Part shown: positions 27,336 to 36,619 of the stretch, piece after piece
How the letters are laid out: the number at the start of each line of letters is the position of its first letter
How positions within the stretch are numbered: position 1 is the stretch's first letter
NCBI GenBank assembly: GCA_050250875.1
Contig: JBFWNV010000002.1
Location: 384,334-448,333, forward strand
From: Vicinamibacterales bacterium
GTDB taxonomy: Bacteria; Acidobacteriota; Vicinamibacteria; Vicinamibacterales; UBA2999
Reading direction: 5' to 3'
Length of the DNA: 64,000 nt
Position numbers and translations under genes: made by a program
Notes under the pieces: model-generated
The model's input: the letters and a program-made list of their open reading frames with translations, nothing else
Told to the model about the DNA's origin: nothing
Databases searched by the model: none

Positions 27336-28592
27336 ATGCCCCGCGCAACCGTCCTCACCGCCGTTGCCCTCTTGATGCTCCACTCCACGCCTTCGGCCCA
27401 GCAGGAACTGATCGCCCGTGCCAAGGCCCTGCACGCGCAGGTGCCGCTCATCGACGGGCACAACGACTACCCGTGGGCGCTGCGCGAGATCGACCCCGGC
27501 CGCGATTTCGCAAAGGCCGACATCACCGGCAAGCTGCCGGCGCTGATGACCGACATCCCCCGGCTCAGGGCCGGCGGCGTCGGCGGCCAGTTCTGGTCGG
27601 TGTACGTGCCGTCGACCATGCCGGGGTCGACGGCGGTCACCGCCACGCTCGATCAGATCGAGGTGGTGCATCGGATGACGAAGCGGTGGCCGCAGGTCTT
27701 CGAGCTGGCGCTCACTGCCGAGGACGTGGAGCGCAGCTTCCGCCGCGGCCGCATCGCGTCGCTGATCGGGATGGAGGGTGGGCACTCGATCGACAACTCG
27801 CTGGCCGCGCTGCGCATGATGCACGCGCTCGGCGCGCGCTACATGACGCTCACTCACAACAACCACACGGCCTGGGCCGACTCGGCGGCCGAAGCGCCGG
27901 TGCACGGCGGGCTGACGGCCTTCGGGGAAGAAGTGGTCCGCGAGATGAACTGGCTGGGGATGATCGTCGACCTGAGCCACGTCTCACCCGGCACGATGGA
28001 GGACGCCCTGCGCGTGTCGGCGGCGCCGGTGATCTTCTCGCACTCCTCGGCCCGCGCCCTCACCGACGTGCCGCGCAACGTCCCCGACGACATCCTGCGC
28101 CAGCTGCCCAGGAACGGCGGCGTGGTGATGGTCACGTTCGTCCCGGGCTTCATCTCGACGGCGGTCGTCGAGCACGGCCGGCGGGCCGGTGCCGAGCAGG
28201 CGCGGCTGCGCACGGCGATGCCCAACGACGAGGCCGGGCAGAAGGCGGCGATGGCGGCATGGCACAAGGCCAACCCGGAGCCGCGCGCGACGCTCGCCGA
28301 GGTGGCCGACCACATCGATCACATCCGCAAGGTGGCCGGCATCGACCACATCGGCCTGGGCAGCGACTTCGACGGCATCACCAGCGTGCCGGTCGGCCTC
28401 GAAGACGTGTCGACCTACCCGGCGCTCACCGTGGAGCTGCTGAAGCGTGGCTACTCGGACGACGACGTGAAGAAGATTCTCGGCCTCAACGTCCTGCGCG
28501 TGATGCGGCAGGTCGAGCGGGTGTCAGCCGAACTGCACGGCAAGCGCGGTCCGTCGACGGCCACGCTCCAGTCCCTCGACGGCGTGAAGTAG
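27336..28592 (+). CDS. M19-family membrane dipeptidase, secreted
   Basis: Signal peptide MPRATVLTAVALLMLHSTPSAQ. Hallmark VPLIDGHNDYPWALRE, plus MEGGHSIDNSLAALR, DLSHVS and FSHSSARAL. Confidence 0.9.
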   Translation: MPRATVLTAVALLMLHSTPSAQQELIARAKALHAQVPLIDGHNDYPWALREIDPGRDFAKADITGKLPALMTDIPRLRAGGVGGQFWSVYVPSTMPGSTAVTATLDQIEVVHRMTKRWPQVFELALTAEDVERSFRRGRIASLIGMEGGHSIDNSLAALRMMHALGARYMTLTHNNHTAWADSAAEAPVHGGLTAFGEEVVREMNWLGMIVDLSHVSPGTMEDALRVSAAPVIFSHSSARALTDVPRNVPDDILRQLPRNGGVVMVTFVPGFISTAVVEHGRRAGAEQARLRTAMPNDEAGQKAAMAAWHKANPEPRATLAEVADHIDHIRKVAGIDHIGLGSDFDGITSVPVGLEDVSTYPALTVELLKRGYSDDDVKKILGLNVLRVMRQVERVSAELHGKRGPSTATLQSLDGVK

Positions 28593-28598
28593 CAGCCG

Positions 28599-29525
28599 TC
28601 AGGCGCGGGCGGCGATCCGCGTGAACAGGCAGGCACCCTCGGGCTCGCCGTCGACGCGCACCGCGGCGTCCGGGCCGGCCGTGGCGTGGGCCAGCGCGGC
28701 GAGGTGGTCGGCGGTGCGGTGCGCCAGGAACCAGCCGGCGACCACTTCCAGGTACGGCCGCGACGGGTTCGCCGCCGCGACGTCGGCGACGACGAGCGCG
28801 CCGTCCGGCGCCACCAGGTCGTAAAGGCGGCTCGCCAGCGCGACCCACGCCCGATCGTCGAGGCAGCACCCGTGCGCCGGCGCCCACACCAGGTCGAACC
28901 GGCTGCGCAGACGCAGGGCCTCGACCTCGTGCGGCACGATGGTCACCGCCTGGCGCAGATCCCGGCAACGCGCCTCGGCCAGCGCTGCCGCGGGAGGATG
29001 GCCCTCGGTACAGGTGACCCGCAGCCGCGACTCCGGATGCGCCGCGAGGTAGGCGTGCACGTCGTGGGCCGCGCCACTGCCGGCGACGAGCACGGCGGCC
29101 CCGAGTGGCCGGCGGTCGTCGAGCCGGCCGAGCAGTTCGTGGAGCCGGGCCGAACGGTTGCGGACCGCTCTGGCAACCGGCTGCGCCTGGCAGAATGCGT
29201 CCCACGCCGCCAGCCGCGGATCCGTCGAGACGGCGCCGGTGAGAATCCTTTCGGTCACGACGTGGTCGCCGATCCGGCCGAGCGGGCGGAGGTAGGCCCA
29301 GCCGTGCAGACACTCGGGCGTCAACGTCGGCGCCAGCACTTCGGCGACGCGCTCGGGCGACACCCTGTCGATGCTGAGCACCGACAGCACCGCGGTCACC
29401 TGGGGATACTCGGACGGGACGGGCCCACCCCGCCGGACACATCCGGCGAGAATCGAGAGGGCCAGTGCCGACGTTCGATGGCCCCGGGGGGAGGGGCTGT
29501 CGGGGGCGTCGCGCTGCAGATCCAT
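28599..29525 (-). CDS. Hypothetical protein, class I SAM-dependent methyltransferase-like
   Basis: ATG 29525 (MDLQRDAPDS...). Motif-I-like VLVAGSGAAHD and LVAPDGALVVADV. Composition is more balanced than in the competing frames. The function call is weak. Confidence 0.5.
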   Translation of the reverse strand: MDLQRDAPDSPSPRGHRTSALALSILAGCVRRGGPVPSEYPQVTAVLSVLSIDRVSPERVAEVLAPTLTPECLHGWAYLRPLGRIGDHVVTERILTGAVSTDPRLAAWDAFCQAQPVARAVRNRSARLHELLGRLDDRRPLGAAVLVAGSGAAHDVHAYLAAHPESRLRVTCTEGHPPAAALAEARCRDLRQAVTIVPHEVEALRLRSRFDLVWAPAHGCCLDDRAWVALASRLYDLVAPDGALVVADVAAANPSRPYLEVVAGWFLAHRTADHLAALAHATAGPDAAVRVDGEPEGACLFTRIAARA

Positions 29526-29577
29526 CTCCGAAGACTGACGGACCCACCTCGACGATTCCCGGGCGGGACGTTGGCGA

Positions 29578-30441
29578 CTACTCGGTGGCGGTGAACAGCG
29601 ATTCCGGATCGACGCGAGCCCCGAGCACCCGCACCGCCCAGTGCAGGTGCGGCCCGGTGACGCGGCCGGTGGCGCCGACCTTCCCCAGCAGGTCGCCGCG
29701 CGCGACCACGTCGCCCTCGGCGACATCGAACGCCGACAGGTGGGCCATGGTCGAGAGGACCCCGGCCCCGTGGTCGAGGATGACCGTGTTGCCCGAGTAG
29801 TAGAACGGCCGCGCGTAGACGACGCGGCCGGCCGCCGGCGCGACGATCGGCGTCCCCGTCCCGGCCGCGAAGTCAGCGCCGTTGTGCGGGCCGCGTGGCT
29901 GCCCGTTGAGGATGCTGCGCACGCCGAAGCCGCTCACCGCGACGCCTTCGACCGGCCGCGCGAACGCGCCGTCCCACTGCCGTGCCGTCGGCGGCGAGCG
30001 GAACAGCGCGTTCAGCAGCGCGGTCTCCTCGCGGATCCGCGGCAGCGCGCTGGCCGGCGGGGTGACGAAGCGGCGGGCGACCGTGAGGCGCCGCGTCCGC
30101 CACTGCTTCGGCGCGACCGTGAACGTGTGGACGGCGACGAGTTCGGACGCGCCGGGCCGAACGCCCACGACGCGGACGCTGCGCGGCCCGGGAGTCTCCT
30201 CGACGTCGATGCCGATGAGCGCGTGCCACCGGCCGTCGGTGCCGCGCTGAAACGGCACGGCGCGATCGCGCCAGACCGTGCGCACTGCCGTCACCGCCGC
30301 CGGCGCCGCGGCGGCCAGGGCCACCACCTCGCCCGGGGCCAGCGCGCGCGCCCGCTCGCTCACCGCGAGTGCATCCTGCGCGCGCAGCGACGCAGCCGCA
30401 CACACCAACAGCAGTCCGATCGCGCGCAGCACCGGCGCCAT
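29578..30441 (-). CDS. M23-family metallopeptidase (LytM-like), secreted
   Basis: ATG 30441. Signal peptide MAPVLRAIGLLLVCAAASLRAQ. M23 motifs HNGADFAAGTGTPIVAPAAG, NTVILDHGAGVLSTMAHL and TGPHLHWAV. Confidence 0.85.
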   Translation of the reverse strand: MAPVLRAIGLLLVCAAASLRAQDALAVSERARALAPGEVVALAAAAPAAVTAVRTVWRDRAVPFQRGTDGRWHALIGIDVEETPGPRSVRVVGVRPGASELVAVHTFTVAPKQWRTRRLTVARRFVTPPASALPRIREETALLNALFRSPPTARQWDGAFARPVEGVAVSGFGVRSILNGQPRGPHNGADFAAGTGTPIVAPAAGRVVYARPFYYSGNTVILDHGAGVLSTMAHLSAFDVAEGDVVARGDLLGKVGATGRVTGPHLHWAVRVLGARVDPESLFTATE

Positions 30442-30647
30442 GCAGTGATTGTAGAGCCGCCCGGTGCTCGAGCGGGTCGCGGCCGGCGCGGCATTGTCCT
30501 CAGCGGCGGACAGGGGGCGGACCGGCAACCGCGACCGCGCGCCAGTACGCCGAGACGGCGAGCGAATTCCCGCGGAAAACGGTCAGCCCGCAGGCTCACG
30601 CCTGCCGGCATGGTCCTTGAACCCTCGATGCCCAGGAGGACATGGTC

Positions 30648-31223
30648 ATGCGTGACATCACTGGATGGGCCGGTGGAGCCCTCGGCGTCGCGGCGCTGAT
30701 CGGCGCGTTCTACCTCGGCGGGCGCACCAGCGCGGCACCGGCGGGCTCGTCGTCGGCGTCACCGCCCGCCGCCACCGCTGTCGCGGCGATCGACGGCGTC
30801 GAGTTCGCGTGCGCGCCGGGACAGCGGGTGGTGATGCGCGACGCCACGCCGACCACGCCGCGCACGGCCGCCTGCGTCGGTGAGACGTCGAGCATGCCGG
30901 CGCCGGCGCTGACGACCGCGGCTCCGGCCTCCCTGCCGCTCCCGGCCGCCGTGCCGGCGGCACATCGCACGGTGGTCACCGAGCCGCTCGAGGTCTACCG
31001 CCCCCGCTCGGTGCCGGTGTCCTACGAGAGCGAGCGTGACGTGCGCCGGCCGGTCCGGACGAAGACGAAGAGCGCAGTGATCATCGGCAGTTCGGCGGCC
31101 ATCGGCGCCACCATCGGCGGCCTGGCCAAGGGCACCAAGGGCGCGATCGTCGGCGGCATCGTCGGCGGCGGTGCGGCCACGGTGTGGGACCAAGTGACGC
31201 GCCGGCAGGGTGAGCGCCGGTGA
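30648..31223 (+). CDS. Small membrane protein with C-terminal glycine-zipper
   Basis: N-terminal TM segment (WAGGALGVAALIGAFYLGG). C-terminal IIGSSAAIGATIGGLAKGTKGAIVGGIVGGGAATVW. AGGAGGA lies 8 nt upstream of ATG 30648; ATG 30642 is the alternative start. Confidence 0.6.
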   Translation: MRDITGWAGGALGVAALIGAFYLGGRTSAAPAGSSSASPPAATAVAAIDGVEFACAPGQRVVMRDATPTTPRTAACVGETSSMPAPALTTAAPASLPLPAAVPAAHRTVVTEPLEVYRPRSVPVSYESERDVRRPVRTKTKSAVIIGSSAAIGATIGGLAKGTKGAIVGGIVGGGAATVWDQVTRRQGERR

Positions 31224-31240
31224 ACTCTGGATGCGAGCGT

Positions 31241-31266
31241 GCCGGGCGGTTCCTCCCCGCCCGGGC
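31241..31266. terminator. Hairpin GCCGGGCGG-ttcctc-CCCGCCCGGGC between convergent genes
   Basis: Imperfect GC stem in the 45-nt gap between stops 31223 (+) and 31269 (-). No clear U-tract. Confidence 0.35.
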
Positions 31267-31268
31267 GT

Positions 31269-32426
31269 TCAGCGTGACGGCGCCCGGTACCCCTGCCGGG
31301 CGCGAATCCGCAGGTCCCGCCGCGGCGAGGTCAGGTCGATCTTCCGCCAGCGGCCGTCGGCGGCCCCGTTGGTCGGCGCGTAGCCAATCAGGTACTGGTG
31401 GGACAGTTCCGCCAGCACGTCGCCGAATCGCTCACCGAGCTGGCCGCTCCGCGCCGCCCGCAGCACCCGCCCGCCGCTGAGTGTCGCCAGCCCGTCCATG
31501 CCGTCGAGCAGCTGCTCGACCTCCTGCCCCCGCCCCAGCGCGACGAAGTAGAGCGCGACGTCGCTGGCCTCGACCGCGCTCTGCACCTGGGCGCGGGTCG
31601 CCCGGCTCGACTGGTCGTCGCCGTCGGTGAAGATCACCAGCGCGCGCCGGCCGGATCCGCGCGACAGGTCGGCGAAGCCGCGCATCATCACGTCGTAGAG
31701 GGCGGTGCCGCCGAACGGCTGGAGGTGCCCGAGCATCTCGAGGCGGCGCGCCACCGTGTCGGACGGCTGCCCGATGGGAAACATCTCGTCGTTGAAGGCG
31801 ACCAGCGAGACGGCGGCGCCCGGCGGCAGGCGGGTGACGAACTCGCCGACGGCCTGTTTGAGCGCCGGCAACGCCTCGCCCATGCTCTGGCTGACGTCGA
31901 GCGCGAGCACCAGTTCGAGCGGTGCCTCCTCGCTCGAGAAGTGCTGGATGGTCTGCGGCACGCCGTCCTCGACCAGGCGGAAGGCGTCGCGCGACAGGCC
32001 GCGGACGAAGCCGCCGTCGCGATCGGTCACGATCGCCGGCACCTGCACGACGCGCACCGCGGTGCGCTCGACGACGTCGAGCGCCGGCGTGCGGCGGGTG
32101 GCGACCAGGCGGGCGCCGTCGGCCAGGGTGGCGACGACACGGAGCTGGTGGGCCCGGACGATCGGCCCGGCGTCCCAGACACAGCGCGGCCGGCCGCCGG
32201 CCTCGACGCGGCAGACCTCGCGGCCGTCGGCGAAGAAGACGTACCCGGTGACGTCGCCGGTGCGCTCGGCGGGCTCGACGCGGGCTTCGATGGCGACGCG
32301 GTCGCTGACGTACTCCCCGTCGGCCGGTGTGAGGATGCTCAGCGAGGGTGCCTGCGCCGCCGGCGTGACCCCCGGCGTGGCGGCAAGGGCCAGACCCGAG
32401 ACGAACAGGCCGCTCCACCCGGTCAT
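31269..32426 (-). CDS. Secreted von Willebrand factor type A (VWA) domain protein, Acidobacterial TIGR03436-like
   Basis: ATG 32426 overlaps the upstream stop (ATGA). Signal peptide MTGWSGLFVSGLALAATPGVTPAAQA. MIDAS motif LALDVSQSM, then ...GGTALYD...VIFTDGDD. The C-terminal ...RARQGYRAPSR is typical of the family. Confidence 0.8.
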   Translation of the reverse strand: MTGWSGLFVSGLALAATPGVTPAAQAPSLSILTPADGEYVSDRVAIEARVEPAERTGDVTGYVFFADGREVCRVEAGGRPRCVWDAGPIVRAHQLRVVATLADGARLVATRRTPALDVVERTAVRVVQVPAIVTDRDGGFVRGLSRDAFRLVEDGVPQTIQHFSSEEAPLELVLALDVSQSMGEALPALKQAVGEFVTRLPPGAAVSLVAFNDEMFPIGQPSDTVARRLEMLGHLQPFGGTALYDVMMRGFADLSRGSGRRALVIFTDGDDQSSRATRAQVQSAVEASDVALYFVALGRGQEVEQLLDGMDGLATLSGGRVLRAARSGQLGERFGDVLAELSHQYLIGYAPTNGAADGRWRKIDLTSPRRDLRIRARQGYRAPSR

Positions 32427-35400
32427 CGCCGCACCGCATCCGCCGGCGTCAGGACGCCGATACCGGCCAGCGCCGACACGTAGTCTTCGAACCGTTCGCG
32501 GGTGAGCCGGCGCGCCTGGCGTCCCAGCCCCGCCCAGTCCTCCGACGAGGCGAGCTCGGCCGAGTCGAGCAGGTCCTGCACGGCGAACGCCAGCACGCCG
32601 GGGTACACCTCGGGCGGCAATCCCGCCTGGACGGTGAGCTCGGCGATGCGCAGCGGCAGATCGGCGGTCAGCGCTGCCAGCAGCCCCAGCGCGGGCCGTC
32701 CCGAGTACGGCTCCCACGGTTCCGAGCCCCGCCATTCCAGCCGCAACCGGCCATCGAGCGGCAGCGTCGGCGTGCCGAAGGCCGCTGGCAGCATCGCCGT
32801 CGGCTCGCCGATCCGCACCAGCTCCGCGAGGGTGAAGAGGTCGGCGATGCGGGCGGGTTCGTGGGCCGTCATCCACGCCAGCACCGCCCGCCGATCCGCG
32901 CTGAGCCGGCCGGCCGCGGCGAGGGCGTCGAGGGCGGCCGGATCGGTGCGGGCGCTCTGCACCCGCTCGCGGCCGCGCGTCAGCGCGGCGACGACGTCGC
33001 GGAGCTCCGATCCGGTGGCGTCGCGAGGACTGGCCAGCGCCGCCTGCAGCGCCAGCGCCTGCAGGTTCGCGGCGGTGAGGAGCGTCGGCCGCGGCGGCGC
33101 CGCTGAGGACAGCCGGCGCAGCGACAGCCGGGCCAGCGCGTGCTCGAGCCCGACGGCGGCACCGACCACCGCACCGGTGTCGTCGGCTTCCGCCGGGAGA
33201 CTCCACGGCGTCTCGCGCCTGGCGCTCTCGCTCACTTCGTGGACACCGAATCGGTGACGGAGCGCCAGATCGCCGGCGCGTGCCGCGGCCCCGTCGGGAT
33301 CGCCCAGGTGCGGCGTGTAGGCGACCGACAGCAGCAGGTGCATCGCCATCCACTCGACGACCTCGCCGAGCCGCTCGGCGGCCCGACCGACGCGGTCGCG
33401 ATCCCGCGGCCCGCGCACGCGCTCGAGCTCGCGGCGGGCCTGGGGCAGCACCCGCGTCACTTCCAGCGGCTCCGTGATCTCCTCGAGGGCCCGCGGCCGG
33501 CCCAGGGCCTTCTCCACCTCGGCGATGTCGCGCATCTCGTCGCGGGCCTTTTCGGGCGACGGCGTGCCGTGCGCCACCTGCCGCATCACCTGCAGCACGC
33601 GCGCCAGCATCTCGAGTGAGACTCCGCCCTGCGCCGCGCGCAGGCGCGACAGACGCTCGCCTTCCGCCGCCGTCCAGTCGACGACGTAGTCAGCCCCTTC
33701 CCAGGTGACCCGGCTGCGGGGGCCGGCGCGCGTTGCCATCGCGTCGGCGAGGGCGACGTCGAGGCCGTCGGTGACGCGCGGCAGCCGCGGCACGACGCGA
33801 TCGACGAGCCAGGCGGCGACCCCCGCGCCGAACCCGTCGGGGCCGAGCGGCACGCTCATCAGCGCCGAGAGCAACGCGGCGGCCGCCTCCTGCCCGAGCA
33901 CTCCGGCGCGCAGCAGCCGATCGATCAGCGCGACGGCGCCCTGCAACCCGCCGAGGGCCACCGCGCGACGGTTACGATCCTCGAGCCGCTGCACGGCCGA
34001 CGCCTGGTGCACGGCCTGCGTCGCCAGACCGGGCGACAACAGACCGCTCCGCTCCAGCACCAGCAGCAGCGCCGGAAACTCCGCGAGGCCGCGCGCGGCG
34101 AGCAGCGCACCGGCCAGATCGCCCGCCGCAACCGCCGGCATCGCCCGCGGCAGGACCAGTACCTGCCGGAAGCGGATTGGCCGCTGGTCGCGCGCGTCGT
34201 TGCAGACACGCTCGACGAGCCACGCCGCGTCGACCAGCCCGTCGTCGTCGAGATCGCGCAGCGCCCGCGCCGGGTCGTCCGGGATGCCGGCCTCGAACGC
34301 GCGCTCCCAGAAGCGGCGCTGCTGCGGGCCGGCGAGCCCGTTGCCGGCCGCCGCGGCCGAGGTGGGCAGGCCCCGCAGCAGCAGCCACGGATCGGCCGGA
34401 TAGCGCTTGAGCGGCGCGATCGCTGGCGTCCAGTCGGCGTCGGCCCGGGCGACCGCCTCGTAGAGGGCCCGGAACCGGTCGAGGCGGCGGCCGGCATCGC
34501 GCATCCAGGCCCCGGTGGCGAAGCGGCGCTGGGGCTCGGGCAGCGCCTGGACGAGGTCGAAGAACACCGCCAGGCGTCCGCCGTCGCGGGTGAAGAGCCG
34601 GCGCACGAACGCCGCCGGAGCGGCGACCGGTTCATCGACCAGCGCGTCCCACAGCGCGGCCTCCTGTGGATCGCCGGCCACCTGCACGCGGCCGCTGCGC
34701 ACTACCACCTGGGCGCCGTAGGCGGCAAACAGCGGCGCCGCCTCGCGGTGCAACGCGCGCACGAGATCCGGGGACGACTCGAGGAACCGACGCGTCGAGG
34801 CGTCGAGGGACATCGCGCCCTGCCAGAGCAGCAGCGCGTTCGGATCGCGGAACAGCTCGGCGAACAGCGCGCGCGCCGGGATCTCGCGCTCGAACACCAC
34901 CCGCGTCCACGTGGCCGGCGACAGCGCCAGCGGCACGTCCACCGCCGGCACCTCCAGCGTCACGCTCTCGCCGGAGTTGAGGCGGGCGGCGACCGCCTCG
35001 ACGTCGAGGCCGAGGGCCTTGAGCGCGGTGTGCAGATCGCGGCTGCGCCGGCCGTCGTCGAGTTCCACCGAGTACTGGCCGCGCCGCTCGCGCAGCCGCC
35101 CGCCCAGCGCTTCGACGGCCTCGCGGAGACGGTCGCGCGACTGGCGCGTCTTCGCCGTGCCGAGCGACAGGACGCCGCCGGGGCCAGCGAGGCGCGCTGC
35201 CTGCTCCACCCGGACCGCCAGATCGAGCTGCGCCTGCACACGGGCCAGCGTCGCCTCGTCGGTCCGCACCGACGCCGCGGCATCGTAGCGACGCTGGATC
35301 AGCAGGCGGAGCACCGACGCCCGCTCCACCGTCGCCGGAATCCCGAGCTCGGCGAAGGCCCAGGCGCCGGCCGGCACCGCCAGGGTCGACAGCTCACCCG

Positions 35401-35518
35401 GCGGCGCGGACTGCGCCGTCGCGGGCCGGACGGCCACCACGCCGACGAGGGCGAGCGCGACGAATACAGGGGCCGCGGGACGTCGGCGGACCGACGGGCG
35501 AGCTGGCGCGGGGAACAT
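32423..35518 (-). CDS. Large (1031 aa) secreted protein of unknown function
   Basis: ATG 35518. N-terminus MFPAPARPSVRRRPAAPVFVALALVGVVAVRPATAQS is signal-like. Composition is consistent and non-shadow across 3.1 kb. I recognise no domain or catalytic motif. Translationally coupled to the VWA gene. Confidence 0.7.
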   Translation of the reverse strand: MFPAPARPSVRRRPAAPVFVALALVGVVAVRPATAQSAPPGELSTLAVPAGAWAFAELGIPATVERASVLRLLIQRRYDAAASVRTDEATLARVQAQLDLAVRVEQAARLAGPGGVLSLGTAKTRQSRDRLREAVEALGGRLRERRGQYSVELDDGRRSRDLHTALKALGLDVEAVAARLNSGESVTLEVPAVDVPLALSPATWTRVVFEREIPARALFAELFRDPNALLLWQGAMSLDASTRRFLESSPDLVRALHREAAPLFAAYGAQVVVRSGRVQVAGDPQEAALWDALVDEPVAAPAAFVRRLFTRDGGRLAVFFDLVQALPEPQRRFATGAWMRDAGRRLDRFRALYEAVARADADWTPAIAPLKRYPADPWLLLRGLPTSAAAAGNGLAGPQQRRFWERAFEAGIPDDPARALRDLDDDGLVDAAWLVERVCNDARDQRPIRFRQVLVLPRAMPAVAAGDLAGALLAARGLAEFPALLLVLERSGLLSPGLATQAVHQASAVQRLEDRNRRAVALGGLQGAVALIDRLLRAGVLGQEAAAALLSALMSVPLGPDGFGAGVAAWLVDRVVPRLPRVTDGLDVALADAMATRAGPRSRVTWEGADYVVDWTAAEGERLSRLRAAQGGVSLEMLARVLQVMRQVAHGTPSPEKARDEMRDIAEVEKALGRPRALEEITEPLEVTRVLPQARRELERVRGPRDRDRVGRAAERLGEVVEWMAMHLLLSVAYTPHLGDPDGAAARAGDLALRHRFGVHEVSESARRETPWSLPAEADDTGAVVGAAVGLEHALARLSLRRLSSAAPPRPTLLTAANLQALALQAALASPRDATGSELRDVVAALTRGRERVQSARTDPAALDALAAAGRLSADRRAVLAWMTAHEPARIADLFTLAELVRIGEPTAMLPAAFGTPTLPLDGRLRLEWRGSEPWEPYSGRPALGLLAALTADLPLRIAELTVQAGLPPEVYPGVLAFAVQDLLDSAELASSEDWAGLGRQARRLTRERFEDYVSALAGIGVLTPADAVRR

Positions 35519-35576
35519 CTCCGTCCGGGTAGGTGAGCGTACACCGGACCGGAGGAGCGCTCAACGCGCCGCCGGG

Positions 35577-36578
35577 TCAGAACGCCGCCTGATAACAGAA
35601 CTCGCTGTCGGGCGGACTGAGCAGGCGCGGCTGCCCGGCGCCGGCCGAGGCCCCGACGAGCCCCTTGCATGGGATCGAGACTTCCACGGCCGGGTCGGCG
35701 TCGTACTCCTCGGTCATCGCCAGCGGCCGGTACTTGACCGGGTCGCCCGACGCCGTCTGGAAGAAATCGAAGTAGTGGTCGCCGTGCCGGAGGATGTGCG
35801 GCTGCGGATTGGTCGGCGGGTAGGCGGGCAGCGCCACCACCCACGCGGGCGTACCCGCCGCCGGGGTCACCACGAATCTGCCGGCGCCCCCCTGCAGCCG
35901 CAGGCCGAGCGGCGCGGCATGCTCGAACGCGCCAATGTCGGTGAGCCGGCGCGGACCGCCAATCGGCCCGGTCGGCAGCCAGAACGTGTAGCCGCGATCG
36001 CCGCCGGCGGCGCCCGTCGGCGGCGCCTCGCGCAGCCGGCCGTCGAACAACGTCACGACTCTCCGGTGGGCGGCGTGGAACCGGTAGTCGACGCCGGGGT
36101 TGGCCATCGCCGCGACGTCCTGCATCCGCGGCCACAGGTCGGGCGTGGCCACGACAGCCTCGCCGGCCGATCCGACGGCGAGATCCCACGGCGCCAGGCA
36201 AAGCGCCTTGAACAGCGTCTGGAGCGTCGCGGCCGCGGCGAAGTAGGGATGGATGGGACCGAGCGTCGTGGCGGCGACGTCGGAGAAGTACGCGGCGCCG
36301 GCGCCGAGATCGCTCCCGGCGTGGACGAGCAGAATGGGCTCGTGGCCCGGAATGCCGTAGCCGACCAGCGCCTGGCGCTGCTTGCGGTAGCCGAAGGCGC
36401 CGACCAGCCGCAACTCACGGTCGCTGCCCCGATCGTCGCTGGATCGGACCGGCGAGGCCGTCCCGACCTGGGCGGCACTGGCCCGGAGCTCGACTGGCGG
36501 GCCGCTGGCGGCAGCCGCGGCCACCCCGCTGGCGGCCAGGGTCGCGAACTGTCGCCTCGTCAGCATCGGCTGCGCCAT
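35577..36578 (-). CDS. Tat-exported protein of unknown function (333 aa)
   Basis: ATG 36578 with GAGGAGG about 8 nt upstream. Twin-arginine signal MAQPMLTRRQFATLAASGVAAAAASG. No recognisable domain. Ends ...FCYQAAF. Confidence 0.7.
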   Translation of the reverse strand: MAQPMLTRRQFATLAASGVAAAAASGPPVELRASAAQVGTASPVRSSDDRGSDRELRLVGAFGYRKQRQALVGYGIPGHEPILLVHAGSDLGAGAAYFSDVAATTLGPIHPYFAAAATLQTLFKALCLAPWDLAVGSAGEAVVATPDLWPRMQDVAAMANPGVDYRFHAAHRRVVTLFDGRLREAPPTGAAGGDRGYTFWLPTGPIGGPRRLTDIGAFEHAAPLGLRLQGGAGRFVVTPAAGTPAWVVALPAYPPTNPQPHILRHGDHYFDFFQTASGDPVKYRPLAMTEEYDADPAVEVSIPCKGLVGASAGAGQPRLLSPPDSEFCYQAAF

Positions 36579-36619
36579 CGATTCCGCCTCCTCGCTCGAC
36601 GGATCGACGGACCGCGCCG

